This document shows positions 40,133-54,367 of a stretch of 64,000 nucleotides of DNA, in pieces. This DNA is from Tubulanus polymorphus (Eukaryota > Animalia > Nemertea): positions 12,884,275-12,948,274 of the forward strand of contig NC_134032.1 of the NCBI RefSeq assembly GCF_964204645.1. Reading direction: 5' to 3'. How positions within the stretch are numbered: the stretch's first letter is position 1; every line of letters starts with the position of its first letter. Position numbers and translations under genes: made by a program. The notes under the pieces are model-generated. The model saw only the letters and a list, made by a program, of their open reading frames with translations, did no database searches and was not told the DNA's origin.

Positions 40133-42189
40133 TTTCATAATAATAAATTTGATCGTATAATTTCAAATTCGAAGTGTGGGATTTCTTCATTTATCCACAG
40201 TATACACGGATTATAGTGTTTATTCGACAACTAACAAGACGTTGAATTCCTGAGGCACCGATGCGCTACTTTGGCAATTTAGGATTCTCCGAGGATCAGC
40301 CGGGTTCGTTAGTATCGAATAAACATTTCTCGAGGGAACCTGTTTATGAATGAAAACAATATCAAACACCACGTTGGATACAGGTCTATCAATGTTACAT
40401 CTTTTGGTGGCTCATTTTACTGCACCAAGTTCAAAAGATATCAGCATGGGCATCAACATAGGGAATCGGGGATGCGGACGACCCCTCTACCGCTGTCTTA
40501 AGTTCCAATCATTCTTTTTCATATTCCGGAAATTTTATGAATATTTTGCCATAAAAAGGTCGAGAAAACGTCACTCTCAAGCTTCGAATGTCAAAGATTA
40601 TGACTTTTTAAGAACATTTAACCGATTTCAAGGATTCAGAAATGTTCGTTTGCCATCAGCGATCGGCGAATCATGTTGCTATATGCCATGTATGGCATAT
40701 CGTTTCGATCGCTGAAATAATGCCGATACAACAACGGACCACGTACAGACCGTTTTATGAAATCACTCGTGATACCTCTTATTTGAATACACTAACACTG
40801 ACTACATGTTGGATGTCTACACGTAGAAGGTTCGATTATAATTATGTATTCGTCAATGGCAGCCTTATGATTGAAATTGCCGTTGGTCATCAGCTGTCTG
40901 TCACGAATAGCTGCGGCTACCGGGCCTGATATTGATTGCTCGAATGATGGTGGTCCGATGGGAATTATTAATCAAGTGTAATTTTCATACCTCTCAGAGC
41001 AAAACCACTTTTATTGTTGTTTGATGACCACACATAAACGCTGCATTGGTCCAGTGGGCTAAGGCAATTGGTGAAAAATACATTTCAGAGCACCTAACCA
41101 GCTCATTGTTTTGGCAACATAAGAATGATCATATTCTTGCATTTCATGGACGTGTCATAAACCTAACGCATACGACCCCTGTTTTTGCCCCAGTGGGATA
41201 AGGCATGATGTTGTTGCATTCATTTCAGCGCTGGGTAGCAAGTTAGTTAGAGTCCTGCTTGTCGCTTAAAGTGTGCGGGCAACACGTCAAAGGTCGTCCT
41301 ATCGCTAAATTAAATGAACAATCCAATATGTGTAGCCTTGGGAAACAAGATCTAAACGGATTAAATGTAAATCAAAACAAATAGACCCATAGTTCAATTC
41401 GATGGAACGTGCGCAACTCGCAGACCCTGTTAAGCTCCTTGTTTTTTACAACATATGCGACTCGTACTAAGCACAGTAAAATCTGCCTACTTTTGGTGTT
41501 TAGCATTTGCACGGAATTGGCTAAATCTGCAACAAAAGTATGCTTGGAATAACACACATTCGTTGTTAAAGCCACATACGAAAGATAATGTCTTGGTTTA
41601 CACGGCTTTACACAGATGCTATCGAGTAATTGTCTTTGCCATCAGATCTTCTTTCTTCATTCTGTCGTTCATGTCACATAGCTGACGCCTAGTCATTTGT
41701 CTCGTGTTTTGCCTATGCGTGTCGACAACCGATTTGTCGATATCTATAACAAGTACTGAGTACACGGACATCTTTCCGACGGATTTGAGTCGTATTTGTA
41801 TCACCGGTGCAACGACAAAAATGCGTTTGTTACACGGTAATGCCATTTCGTCGGCGATTGCTCGCGGAAATCGAGTTCCGTTTTTGAACATGCTAGTCTG
41901 TCATCGCCGAGCAAATTAACCCGACGCTAAAATGTCTTCATTCAACGGAACGATATCGTGACAGACATTTCTGCCCGACATTCCACCCAGACAGACGTAA
42001 TCGTCGCGTATTATCAGCATCAGCTCAGCCCCATCTCTTTGGGACATTCAGTCAACGTGAATATGAGGTAACGTAAAACGAAAATGGGAACCACGACGTC
42101 GTGTTAACTACGGCGCGCGTGGTTGATGATAACTTGCCAAAAGTGCAACCAACTAATGCCGGGTCCTAAGCTGCGTCCTACTGCAGACA

Positions 42190-42420
42190 GGGTGGATCCT
42201 CACTTGCCACCAGTGGAATCCTCTATTACCACAGTAGTTGATGTCTGCACACTTGCACACCTGGTGGATCCTCACTTGCCACAAATGGAATCCTCTATTG
42301 CTGCTGTGGTTGATGTCCTACTGCACACTAGCGACACCTGGTGGATCTTCACTTGCCACAAGTGGAATCCTCTATTGCTGCTGTAGTTGATATTCTGCTG
42401 CGCCATTGCACACCCAATAG
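42190..42420 (+). repeat. ~70-75-bp minisatellite, ~3 copies
   Basis: GGTGGATCCTCACTTGCCAC..GTGGAATCCTCTATT..GTAGTTGATG units. Confidence 0.85.
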
Positions 42421-43049
42421 ATCGTCGCCAACTACACGGTAGCTTTGACAGAAGAGCCCATTTTATGTAAACACATCGTTATTGATAATTCGAAAGCACC
42501 CAAATGAAAGGCTATCTTTGCCTCTACATCACGTCCAACGCGCATTCGTTCTCATTCGTCGATTTTGTAATTATTCCTCGAAATAGAGATTTTATCCTGA
42601 ATAATTCATAAACCTTTAAAACAACGCACTGAACGGCTTGTTATGCGGCACAAATCAAGATTTTCGCTGACAATTTCGCTATTCTATACTCCGACAAACG
42701 CATTTCTAAACGGTGAATCGAAGTGCATTTCTCAGAACAGATGAGGCATCGCACCCAGAATATTCATCACGATTCACGACGAATATTCATGACAAAGTTG
42801 CGATTGATGGGGCTTTGATAATAGTCTGAATGTTAATGATAATCTATTTTAAGTCGTCCATAAAAAGAAACACAATATGATAGAACATAAACGTAAACTT
42901 GATTTTGAAATCGGTTTACGAGGGATGCAGCGCGCAGGCCAGCAGGCTGTACGTGCGTTATTCAGAAATTGGGGCACTCGGGATCCCTTCACGCAGTCTT
43001 GGACGGAAGTGGATGAATCCACGGTTATCTGCGTCGATCGATACTAGTA

Positions 43050-43575
43050 TACCCAACAGATTGAGCGAAACCATAGAACTTGTCAGAAATGTAATTTGGC
43101 AGCAACTGGAGACGAATTCCATTTTCTTTAAGTATGTCCCTTTTTTCAAAGCCTGAGAAGCAAATTTATACCTAGTTACTACTGGCGACATCCCAATGAA
43201 AATACCCTACATAACCTTTTCTGTTCGAGAGGTAAAACTTTGCTCAATCTGGCGATATTCATTAAAAAAGGTATCAAATCATTTACCTAATATAGTGTAT
43301 AATTATCGGATCTCGATACTACAATTCCGCCTCATCTTTTACATTAAAATTTCATTATAATTATAATTATTATTACTATAAGTATTATATTATTGCTATC
43401 ACAATTATTATTATTATTTTCCTATTATCGTAATTGTTATTATTATAAATATAATTATTATTAATACTATCATTATATTTTTGTAATATGCTGTAATCTA
43501 TGCGCTACTTTTGTGCTCTGTGCAATGTTATTATAACTTGTGGAGTGAATAAACTAAACTGAAACTGAAACTGAA
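43050..43575 (+). mobile_element. 5'-truncated non-LTR retrotransposon 3' end (ORF2 C-terminal CCHC knuckle, RTE-X-like), inactive
   Basis: Translates QQIERNHRTCQKCNLAATGDEFHFL*VCPFFQSLRSKFIPSYYWRHPN...LF...LLNLAIFIKK, followed by an AT-rich 3'UTR, AATAAA and an (ACTGAA)n tail. Not in the ORF track because of the internal stop. Confidence 0.8.
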
Positions 43576-46500
43576 GCATTACACCAGATACCTCTGGAAT
43601 ATCAGGCAGGTTCTTGAATATCCAATCAGATTCTGTTTCTCAAGTTCATTAAATTCTGTTTCCTGAGTCTTATGTGTTTTCCAGGTGCTTGCGTAAAGCC
43701 TTCTTGTTTTTATTTACTTTTTTGCTTGTTTTTTTCGCAATTATATATTTATTCCTTGTATCAGTAACGTACGACTTGTAACGTTTATGCCGAAAAACGT
43801 TTGATTTGAATTACTGCGGCACGCGAGTAATAGGTTAGTTCGCACTTTCGCCGCTAATGGTTAATATAGTGGCAGCACGCGACGGTCGAGATCTGACACT
43901 AATCGACGACGTCACACTTCAGTTCCAACTTGTATAAAAGCCCCCCGCCCCAAAAAAACCCTCAAATATCAAATTCTTGTATAGCTATAAAACAATTATA
44001 GTTTTTTTTTATATCTAGAAATTGTGGGGTTCTTTGCTATACATGGAATAAATGCTAGAGCCAAACTTGAACCGAAAATGTGAAACTGGGTCCCGATTAT
44101 TGCATATCTACCTTCACATTACCACGAGAAGTTCAGAGAGTTCACTGGTTTAATATACGGCAATCAACATTTCCATGATATCACGAACGGACTTTTTCCT
44201 TACGTTCGTGTTAAGCCTATTGTAAAAAAAAGAATCATGAATTTTTTATGATGGACGTTAATACCCATCCCGTGCCTGGCACAAATCCTAGGATTTATTG
44301 GACGCGTTATTTCGTTCGGAACGATGTATTTAACAAACTATACTCTGATCGAACATTCTGATACGAAACATACTCAGGAAATCACGCGCGCTCGCTTCAT
44401 ATTTGCATAAAACTTGTTAATATTGTCCTCGATTAACGCTGATGTGAATCTACCTCGTATGAAGCGTTATTGCCTTTTAAAAGACAGTATGAATATGGAA
44501 TATATGATTTCTGATAATGAAATTAAAACCCACTTCAGGGGTTATGCATCAAGTGCCTTTCCACGTGACTACACTGTATTGGTTGGCGAACGCAATAAGT
44601 GTTTTTGATGCCAGTCCCTCAAAGTTTGTAAATCTCCTTGTTATGAACGGCAAGTCTCCGGTACTAACTATAGTGTATAACGACAGCACGGCTATGCAAA
44701 AAGCATATGCACAAATTTGAAAGATAGGAAAAGGAAATTCATATATCGAAAATCAAAATTAGAAACACGACGTTTCGAAATTTCGTGTAGATCATCGGCT
44801 GTTCGATTGATTTAAGTTCTGGTGTTTGTAGTTATTGTTAGTCCATTTGCAATTAAAAATCTCCAGAGCGAGGTCCCGGACATGATGCGAAGCCTGGATG
44901 ATGAAAGATCTGGAAGAGTGGTGATTAAGTATCGAATGTCACGGAGTGGGTGGCTCCAGGCTGCAGGGTATTGATACCTAGGCGCGTCAGAAATGATGTA
45001 TCGCCGTCGAGATGCGAATCCCTTGTGAATACTGACCGCATCTTCGTTCGTACGGACGTGTTAGGTCGAATAGTTCGCTAAATGACCTGGTTCGCAGACG
45101 ATGGACAACCGGAAGACACGAGAAAAAACACCGAAATCCCTGTTTACTGCAAAACAAGTCAAGGCAACAAATCTATTCACATTACAGATGATGAACTAGG
45201 CCTTATACAGAACAGCACAAATAAGACCCAGCAATACCATTACAAACCTAAAGGCTAACTGTGACATTTATTTCAAAATACGACGTATTTTATTGACCTA
45301 TAAAAGAATCTGAAACTGTCGTGTTCAAATACGTTCAGCTTTGGAATATTTCGTGATTTTGACGGGATTTTTTCGACCTCATAACGCGTTTCATTTTTCG
45401 GTCACGCGTTTATGGAACAATCAGGCGCAGGAGCGGATCCATAGACCTACCTCTGAAATGGAAGTCTTATGACACATGCAGAAGGGCATTTCCGATCATT
45501 GAAGATCGTATTGGAAGATACGTTAGCAATTGAGACATTTGTGGATTGATGAGATGCATCTTATAGCATTTCCGAGAACAATAACCTTTCTTTATCCTGC
45601 TAATTATGCAAGAAAGCTTATTCTATGTAAGACAGTAAAAAGTAAAGAAGAGCTCATTCAGGAGCAGCCGAAAACATTTAAGGGTCTTGTACAGGCTACA
45701 ATATCTATTATACAGGATTCAGACTTGTGGCTACGATTTACCACAAGGCGCGGTGCGGAAGAGCTTGCGGTCGAATAAAGTTGAAACGTCTCTCGGGTGC
45801 CATCACCACTGTAACCATGTCATGTCACAATTTATAACAAACGCACCATAAAACGTCATCATCAAACGGAAATTGGATATACATTCAAAGCGTTCGCGGT
45901 GAACCAGTCGCGGCGCGAGTCCCGGACATCTCTATCGGACTGATTGATGTGTGATATCACCCGTATTCACGAAGTAAATTCCAAATGGAAATGAATTTTT
46001 TTTCAGATGTTTTCCTTGAAACGAATCGAATGTTGTTCTCTCATTTACATTTGAATTTACATTTGTGATTTACGAAGTGCAAGGTTTGTCAGTTCGGTAA
46101 TTTTCCAATAAATGGATCGTTCCATATTGATGATGATAATTTACTACCATGTTTTCATATAATTTATGCTCTTTGGCCTACAAATGAAAACGTGAAATGT
46201 GTACGATGCACGAATGTGAAAAACAAAAATAGTACCAAAGAATAAATAATTTGTCTATACTTTTGGCAACGCCAATATCTAAGCGAGGAGCATAGTGAAC
46301 ACACTCCCTGCAGTTCTGCGGGATGAAGGTATGATTCCCCTTGGTAAAAATCCCCAATTCTTCAAAATAGGTAAAATCATTCGACGAATAAGTTACCGAA
46401 TTCCGCCTAAATGTATCAACCTTTGTCTTCCGATTCCAATCGCAAGCGGAATTATACGGCGAACGATTCGCCAAGTCTATCGCAAGCTAAACTTTTTTTA

Positions 46501-49500
46501 ATCGAAGGCTCGATTTCTGCCACCAGGTTCTAATTCGTCTTGACAACGAGAAGTCGACTTGATTCAACAAGAAGTCGTGTTCTCGTCTCGGCGTCGACGC
46601 GCGACAGGGGAGTCATTAAATCCGATCCAGACGCTGAAATTGAAAGCAATGCGCTCCTCACGTTGCGTTCACCTCGTAAAAATCTGGTAAGCGAACATTT
46701 CTCGCAGGAAATGAAATTTTCATCATGTAACTAATCGTTCATTGACTCGACGCGGTTAGCGGCGAGACGTTTTCAATTATATTGCCATCTCAGTTATCTC
46801 GACACCTGCCTTTGCTGAACGCCCGGTTTTACAATCGCGTTTCTTCAAAACTCCGGTGAGACTCCATTGCAGCTTTTCTGATTCGTTCGCTTCTAGCTGT
46901 ACCCAATAATACAGCTCACGTGGCAGTTCCATATACGCCCGTCGATTCCATAGTCGAAATCAAACTCCAAACGTGGTATTAAAGCTTAGGATTGGCTTTA
47001 GAACTATATCGGTGTTTGACTGAGCTAACAAAAACAATAAACTGAATGAAGTGGCCCAATTTGTTTAGCCCCCAGTTTAAGTCCCCTTTAGGACCACTTG
47101 CCGCTTCGCTACATTGTCACTACACCCCTTTCTCATTTCTCCTCTTTCGTCTCAACCCGTTTCACACTTAAAGCAACATATCTGAAGCCGGTTCCATGTC
47201 CAAAAGTGGTCTTAAATCTCACTAAGACCCGTCTTAAGTTGATAGATTAACCTTGGTCTTAATCTGGTCTTAAGTATTAGCCATGGCTATGGAAGCGTTC
47301 CCCGTATGTTTTCATTACAGAATATGAAAGTGGGTGAAATTGGAAAAAGCGATGCTAGTTCGGAGCAGGCGAAAAGTATGATGATGGTTGAACTGGAATT
47401 TGGACGAAACACGAACGGGCCGAAATAGGAATGCATAGGAATACGATAATACATTCGTCGCCTGGAAGCAAATTGATTTCAAAATCTTTCCTTCGCTTCC
47501 CCTGGGACACAAGCGCGTGAATCTTTTTTTTTATCTCATTAGAATAATGGTCGAGCAGTATGCAAACATGAACGTAACTAGCCACAGGTGAATTCAGTCG
47601 AAAGCAAGGTAGCTTAGGAATACTTTTTTTAAATAATTTGTCTTGTTAACACGTGTGGACTGGGGGCACGAACCGAAGGGATTATGATAGCACATTAGCG
47701 CACGATGGTATCATAACCGGATAGAAGGTTGAAAACGAAGTCGACGCGCGTTTTGTCTTGTAAATCGCAAATCAAAAACAGCTTTTTGAAAATCAAGTTC
47801 GAAGATTAACAACGAAAAATCATTTAAACCGACGTTTCAGGTTTTTTTTCTTCAAATTTCTGAATAAATTCCTGAAGATGAATAAAAACGTTCTACCCGA
47901 AACTAATGGTGAACTAATTTTCGTAGTCGAGGCCTTTTTGGATTACTATACTCGGAGAATGGAATTCCTTCTTTTTGATTTGAATATTTTCCACGCAGTC
48001 CATCCAACGTTACATATACAAAATACAAAATGCTCGAATTATATAAAAAGATTTTTTCCGCAAATTTTTTCATATTTCACTTTTTTCAAATCGCCTGCAG
48101 AGGACGTCTTCTTTTATATTCACTATCTCTTCCATCCGCCCTTTCATTCCGTACCCGCTACAAGTAATTAGCAAAACGCCTACTCCTCGATATCGCGGGC
48201 CTTCTATTATAAAGGGAATTTGCAATCGCCGTTGCGCGGTTAATAACCTCGCGGATAATGATAAAACCATGTTTCTTCGGCGCGCGTGTAGGTGACGATT
48301 CCTAATAGATTTATCGCAGTTCGTGTATTAATTAATTAGTCATTAAATTCGTCCTTGAATTTTCAAGTCTCTTCGCGTCGAATGTTCACACGACGCGGGA
48401 GCAGGGGTTCGTACGGCTCAGGGGGTTCGTTAAGCGAGTACGACTCCGGTTTGTCCGGGCAGCGTTGTCCCCACTGGATTGGAGATTCATTAGTTCGCGA
48501 TATCCCCTGGCGCACGATACATTAACCAGCGTTTGTTACCGAAATCGACTCGGGACTGAATTACACCCAACGCGTTTCACGTGAAGCCCAATTACCCGCA
48601 GTGTTTATTCGCGTCGACATCGATTCAACATCGATAAAGTTTCATAATTTTCTGAGAAGAATTCTCAGCGTTTCTTTTTTATCATAAATAAATTAGCTAT
48701 CCGGGGTATTCCCGCGCCTTCCTTTGGTTCGCCGACTCGCAGCGGCGCTTTCAAGCTTTGTCGCCCACCAGTTACCCGGATTGGTTTTGTCAACGTTTTA
48801 AATGCAACTATAAAAGTGTTTGTTTTGAAGTTATCGAGGGGAAGTCGAGATAATTTCCGATGATTAGATTTGTCTTACACAGATTCATACATGCTGAATT
48901 GTGTTAATAGATAGGGAGAGTCTGACAAGGGATCAATCCCGATCAGTGTAACAATGAGCCACGGTCAAAGTTGAGTATCGATGTAAATATTCTTCTGACC
49001 GAGTTCATATATCGTTAAAATCATCAGGTGCATTTAAACAAAGTTACGCAGCATAATCGGTTCAACTGACTCGATTCCGAAGCATGGAACCATGTCTTGT
49101 GGCTTCGTGCAGGTATTCAACAGGGGTGGCTCCGACAATATGCAAATAACGGCGACCGGAGGGACTGGCTCGGAGCTCCGAGTGTAACGAGCGTAGAATA
49201 TCCTCGTCAGAGGAAACTTTGTTTCAGCTATAATTAGATACATCTAATTTCCATCGCTTCAAACCTTCATATCGTGTATATGTATATAATGAATCCATGC
49301 GCACCAGGCGTAGTTCTCTAGTTCTCCGCCGAGTCATCGAATATGCCTTCAATCGTGGTCAGGGTTCGGCATTTGAAATCTAGTAGGAATTCCCGAATTG
49401 AATTGATAAGATCATCATCGATGGATACTCTGAAGTACGGGTAAGTATCGGTCTGTTCCTCTATGATATCTCTATCTGTTCTCTTGGCCCATAAGGTCAA

Positions 49501-49957
49501 TTTTTCAATTTTGTGTTGGTCCATCGATAATCGGGTCGCAGAGCAGGATTTCAACTTTAGCGAGGGATAAACGGTGCAGGGTCTAGTTTCACGTCAATCT
49601 TCAAACTTAAACGGTTAAGGTTTACTCGTTGATCTGTTTGAAAACATTGATTGACCGATTGCAGGTTAACCAAAAATTTGAGTTTGAGTCTTTCTGGAAT
49701 CTGGAACTATATGGTCGGCTTCATAAAACGCCTTAAGTTTCATTAGTTTTCATGAGTAATGGAGCTTGTTTTTTTTAAACGGTCCCTGATTCAAGGTTTT
49801 CTAGTTTTCAACTACGTTATTGCGTACGTGCTCAGCAATAATAATACAACGTTTCGTCAAAGAAATGTGTTAGTTTCACGAAACAGTGATTCACGAAATA
49901 AGAGCCTTGCACCGCACTATATTTTTATTTCGTATGTTCGCTTTAGCTTAAAAGTCT

Positions 49958-50084
49958 GGGCCGAGTTGCTCAGCATCTGGTAAAAGATAACCAGCGGATG
50001 AATACCATAACAATGACCTTTTTCATTTTCATTATGTTAACTATCCACTGGTCAACTCCAACCAACTCTTGAGCAACGAGGCCC
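49958..50084. mobile_element. MITE, same family as 15712-15841
   Basis: TIRs GGGCC..GTTGCTCA / TGAGCAAC..GGCCC and similar internal sequence. Confidence 0.7.
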
Positions 50085-51685
50085 TGATTGAAAACTAAGG
50101 CAACATGTTGGTTTCATAATAATCAGTGTTTCTTGTTCAGGGGCGCCGCCCTGCTCCGCTTCGCAAAAAATAACCGTTCTCTCTTTCGCGACTATGTGCG
50201 CCAAGCTTAAAAGTCTGTTCGAAAATTAATTTGGCTCCGATTTCGTAAGTTTTTTTCCTAAGAAGTTATGACGACGTCTCTCTGTTTGTTGTATGTTGTT
50301 CGTCTGAAGAGCGCGGCGGCGGTGGCGGCGGCGTGCATTTCTCGCGGGCAAAATCTTAATAAAGGCAATCGACACATGAACCTAAACATTTCTGGAAAGT
50401 AATTAAAACGCCCGGAATTAATCAGTGTGATACCGCAGGATCGGATTGTAACAGATCTCTTTGCGGTCGTGTGGTTTTGCTTAGCTCTCTAATAACAACT
50501 AAGCAACCTATCAGTCTACATGAAAGTAAAGTCCATTATGACTGTTATTGTTCTGTGGGGCGCAGTAGCAAATGGCTTGTCATTTGCCATTCGCTGTGTA
50601 TATCGTCCGCATTGTAATAATTGCGTGGAATTGAATTTAAAGCATAAAAGACTTACCCATTTATTTGAATATTCTAGCGCCGATATTTTGCCAAGGCGCA
50701 TTGAAATAAACAATTCGATAGTCATCGTACATTTCATGGAAAGCACCGAAATAAGAAATACACATCGAACAAGGTTGGCCGAAGGTTTGGCAAAATTCGG
50801 GTAGAAATCGCTCGAAGAATAACGAGAACTTTTAGCTAGAGTTTCAATACGTAGTACATCAATTATTTCGAGTAAAATAAAGTCAAAATATTGAAACATT
50901 AAAATTCATTTAATGGACAAGGGGCAGGGGGTTAGTGTTTACGCACATTATGTGTGTGTAAAGGGTGTGTAATTTAGACAAAAATCTTTATTAAAAAAAA
51001 GAAACAAACGCGAGCACAAATACTTAATTAACCAAGCAAAGCGCCTAAGTGGCATTATATGCAAGGGTGAGTGTAAAAAATAAATCATAAGGGCCCACAA
51101 TTAAACAAAAACTATGACCGATGGTTTTCAACGTGATACTACAAAATGAAAACTGAAAATTTTGTCGGTTTGGTAAAAATCGTTGGCTTTACATAACTTT
51201 ATGAACCCGTATTTCTAAACTGAGGAATCGTTGGCTATATTACATTTAGAACCCGTATTTAGAAACTGATAATACATGGGAATCGCTGGCTTTGTATTAC
51301 TTTTAGAACGTCATGTGTTTTATTGCGGTAGATCAATTCGATATTGCGTACAATATGAGTATGTATTGGATGGGTAACTCGAGACAGGAGAGTAGAGTAT
51401 TCCACATCAATTTACATGCATCATTTTGGTGTCGTGGTGATAACGTATGTACATACAACAAAACGCAATAAACCTCGTAGAGAAGCCGTTGTTAATTGAT
51501 GCTATATCGATATCGAAGTAGCGATACATGTATTCACGTCGAGGAAGATGGAAAATGTTAAATTTCGTCGGTATGATTGGGATCGTTGGACACGACGATC
51601 GTTATGCAGAGACTAACTTTGACAAACCGTGCACACATACGAATTCTACGGCTTGATTCTATATTCATACGCACAAACCCATTGT

Positions 51686-52200
51686 GTAGGCGGTACCAAT
51701 CTGCAGTCTGGACCGGACACCGCAAACTTTCATCACTTCCAATTTCCGATCCTTTGTTACAACATTCTTCCGATTCGTACCTGTCTAGACTCTTCGCGTG
51801 TTAGGAACTTCATCTAGACATTTTCAATTGAAAATGAACTACAAACACCAGACATCAGACATTTAATCATCGCACTATCAAAAACTGATCATCCACACTT
51901 CACATGTCATCAGGACTTCGCCAGAGAAATTCTTATTGAAAATAAACTACAAACAACAGACATTAGACATTTCATCTGCAGAATTTGAAAACCCCGAGAC
52001 TTCACACGGTGTTCAGTAAATTGATAATGTAATTTATTGAAAAATGAACTACAAACACCAGACGTTAGACGTTTTATCAGCACACATCCAATTAAATCAG
52101 CCAGGATCCACGAGCTTCTGCACTTCACCTTTTGGAAATGAGCGACGTACGAACAAACACCAGGCAATAGACATTTTATCAGCAAACGTTGAAAAGAAAT
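51686..52200 (+). repeat. Dispersed repeat family with internal GAAAATGAACTACAAACACCAGACAT units (also ~18290-18550 minus, ~26300-26470 minus, 29340-29510, 55740-55830)
   Basis: Repeated motif at several loci, often next to CAATCTGC(A/G)G.(C/T)TGGA. Confidence 0.7.
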
Positions 52201-54367
52201 CGTCTAAGCCTCATATGTGTTCAGCCGATCGAAGATGAACTAAACGGTTCAAGTCAGACATATTGTCTTACTTCAAATGATTGCAAAAATGAAATCACGA
52301 ATTACCGTGTGAAATGGCATATGCCAGGCTCAATACTCATATGAATAATTCATCGCCTTTGCAGGATTACTGGATGTATACTCCTTATCTGCTCAAATGC
52401 GAAATTGTTCAAATTGTAAAACCTTCTCAAAATGCCATCACACGTATACAATCGACTCACTTTATCATCGTATTCAAACGAAGTTTCGAGATCGTATCAG
52501 TTAGTGATGAGTCTACGTACATTAGAGGACGATAATAAAAAATGTAAAAACACCACCGATGTCTATAAGAAGAGTTCCGACGTCAATGGCCAAAAACACG
52601 TCTTAAACTGCGAAAGACGAGAAAAAAATCGTTCGCGCGACTAAAAGTGCGGCAGCTCAGGAAAGCCTAGCTGTAACCCGAGCGGAGAGACAATTTACTA
52701 ACGGGCTAACGCAAATAATAAAGAAAGCCTTAGAAAGAAAACAACCCGGCAACGATCATTAAAGGTTATGTATGGATTCGTTGCGGAACAGAAACAAGAG
52801 AACAAAGCAAAGCTCACCGCACCGCGCGCGAACTAAATACTTTAGTCTTCGGAAAATCATTATTTTCTATTATTTCTAGTTTGAGTTTCCGTGTCAGAAT
52901 ACGATTACTAAGTCGTTATGCTGAACATAAGAACCTCACGCAATTCAAAGTAGAAATGGGATTCTGAAATTTCGTTGAGCTTATATTTCATTAGAGCTGT
53001 TTTCTTATAGTCATATTTCTTCAGTTACTGAAGATGATTATTCGGATATAGTTACAATGCGCTATTCTATTCTAATATTCATCTTTAGTTACTGAAAATG
53101 AATATTAGGATATATTAACAATATACTAGTCTATTGTAATATTCGTCTTCAGTTACAAAAGATGATTATCATGATGTAGTCGAAATATACAATATCAGCC
53201 GAAGGCAACATTTCTCCATTTTCATGCGCAATCGTACGTTTTTATATCATCGTTAAAACACGGACGAATTGTTTCATCTAGGTATAGAAATAATCATTCT
53301 TCAATTATTTGGCGTACGAGGATTTCGGATTCGGTATAGATTGATATTCGGGTGCCGCTCTCGGGTCATCTGTAGGGAAGGAAAGGGCAAGGAAATAGAA
53401 GGCGTGAACTGGTAATGATGATTTGGCCGGGCAAAATACGAATGGGCAAAATAAGATGATTACGTTGGGGATTGGATGCGGCGAAGGCATCCGTATTTTC
53501 TATTTTTTTATTTCGTTTTTAGACTTGTAGACCGAATCGTGTTTGTTCAGCCGGTTCTGGCGACTTTTGATGAGTTTCGATCGGTATCGTATACACACGC
53601 CGCCGCCGCCGCCGCCGCCGCGGTGGCAGTGGTGTGTGTACTTGCCCGTATAGGCAATATCGGTATCACACACGATTTCAGAGCCGCAACCGACGTGCGG
53701 CGAGGAAATATAGCTCAGGGGCTTCATCATCATCATCGCCGCCGCCGCGATAACACCGAAATTATGAATTCGAATGATACTTTAAAATCCGAGCAGCTGT
53801 TTCAACCGATTAACGTTAAGTCCAATCGACAACAACGTCGATCGCGACGCTCACGGGTAGACCGCGTAGATCGGGGTGTGTACGGCAAACTGCCGAAAGA
53901 CTCACACGCAGCGATTTAGCGCACACGGGAAGATACGAAATATGGCTTATAATAAAACGGGTTATGGCTTATTTTGTCCGTTCATGAAACACACTCATTG
54001 TCCGCCTCGTTAGCGATAATACGAAATCCCACATTTAGAAATTAAATCGTCTGAAAGCTAACGATTCGATTCAAGCTTCGACTAGATCATATTAGGACTA
54101 GGATGTATATTTACTTCCACAAGCAATTTGGATTCAGGCAAAGGATTGTTTTGACTGTTTCAGTTCTAGTTGCACATCGAAATATCTAGGACATATATAT
54201 TATTCAACTAGAGTTTTAAAGGTATTTAATGATATTCTTTGCAGCGACGAAGACAACCGAAGTTAATTCTTCAACTTAATTGCAATATTTTACTCAATTC
54301 GGGACCAATCTATTTTCGTAGATAAAACTATAGTTCCACCTGGTTTTTTTTTCGTTTATATTTTTAG

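Larger units (their letters stand above)
39960..40234 (+). mobile_element. Short Penelope-like insertion: ~109-bp inverted arms, each with a hammerhead motif, 39-bp tail, imperfect 11-bp TSD
   Basis: Arms 39958-40066 and 40087-40195 are near-perfect reverse complements. Flanks CAAGGCGTTGA (39949) and CAAGACGTTGA (40235). Confidence 0.75.

Noticed and set aside
45530-45778. HLWIDE as a Walker B motif
   Set aside because: No Walker A motif or exon structure nearby; too short to support.
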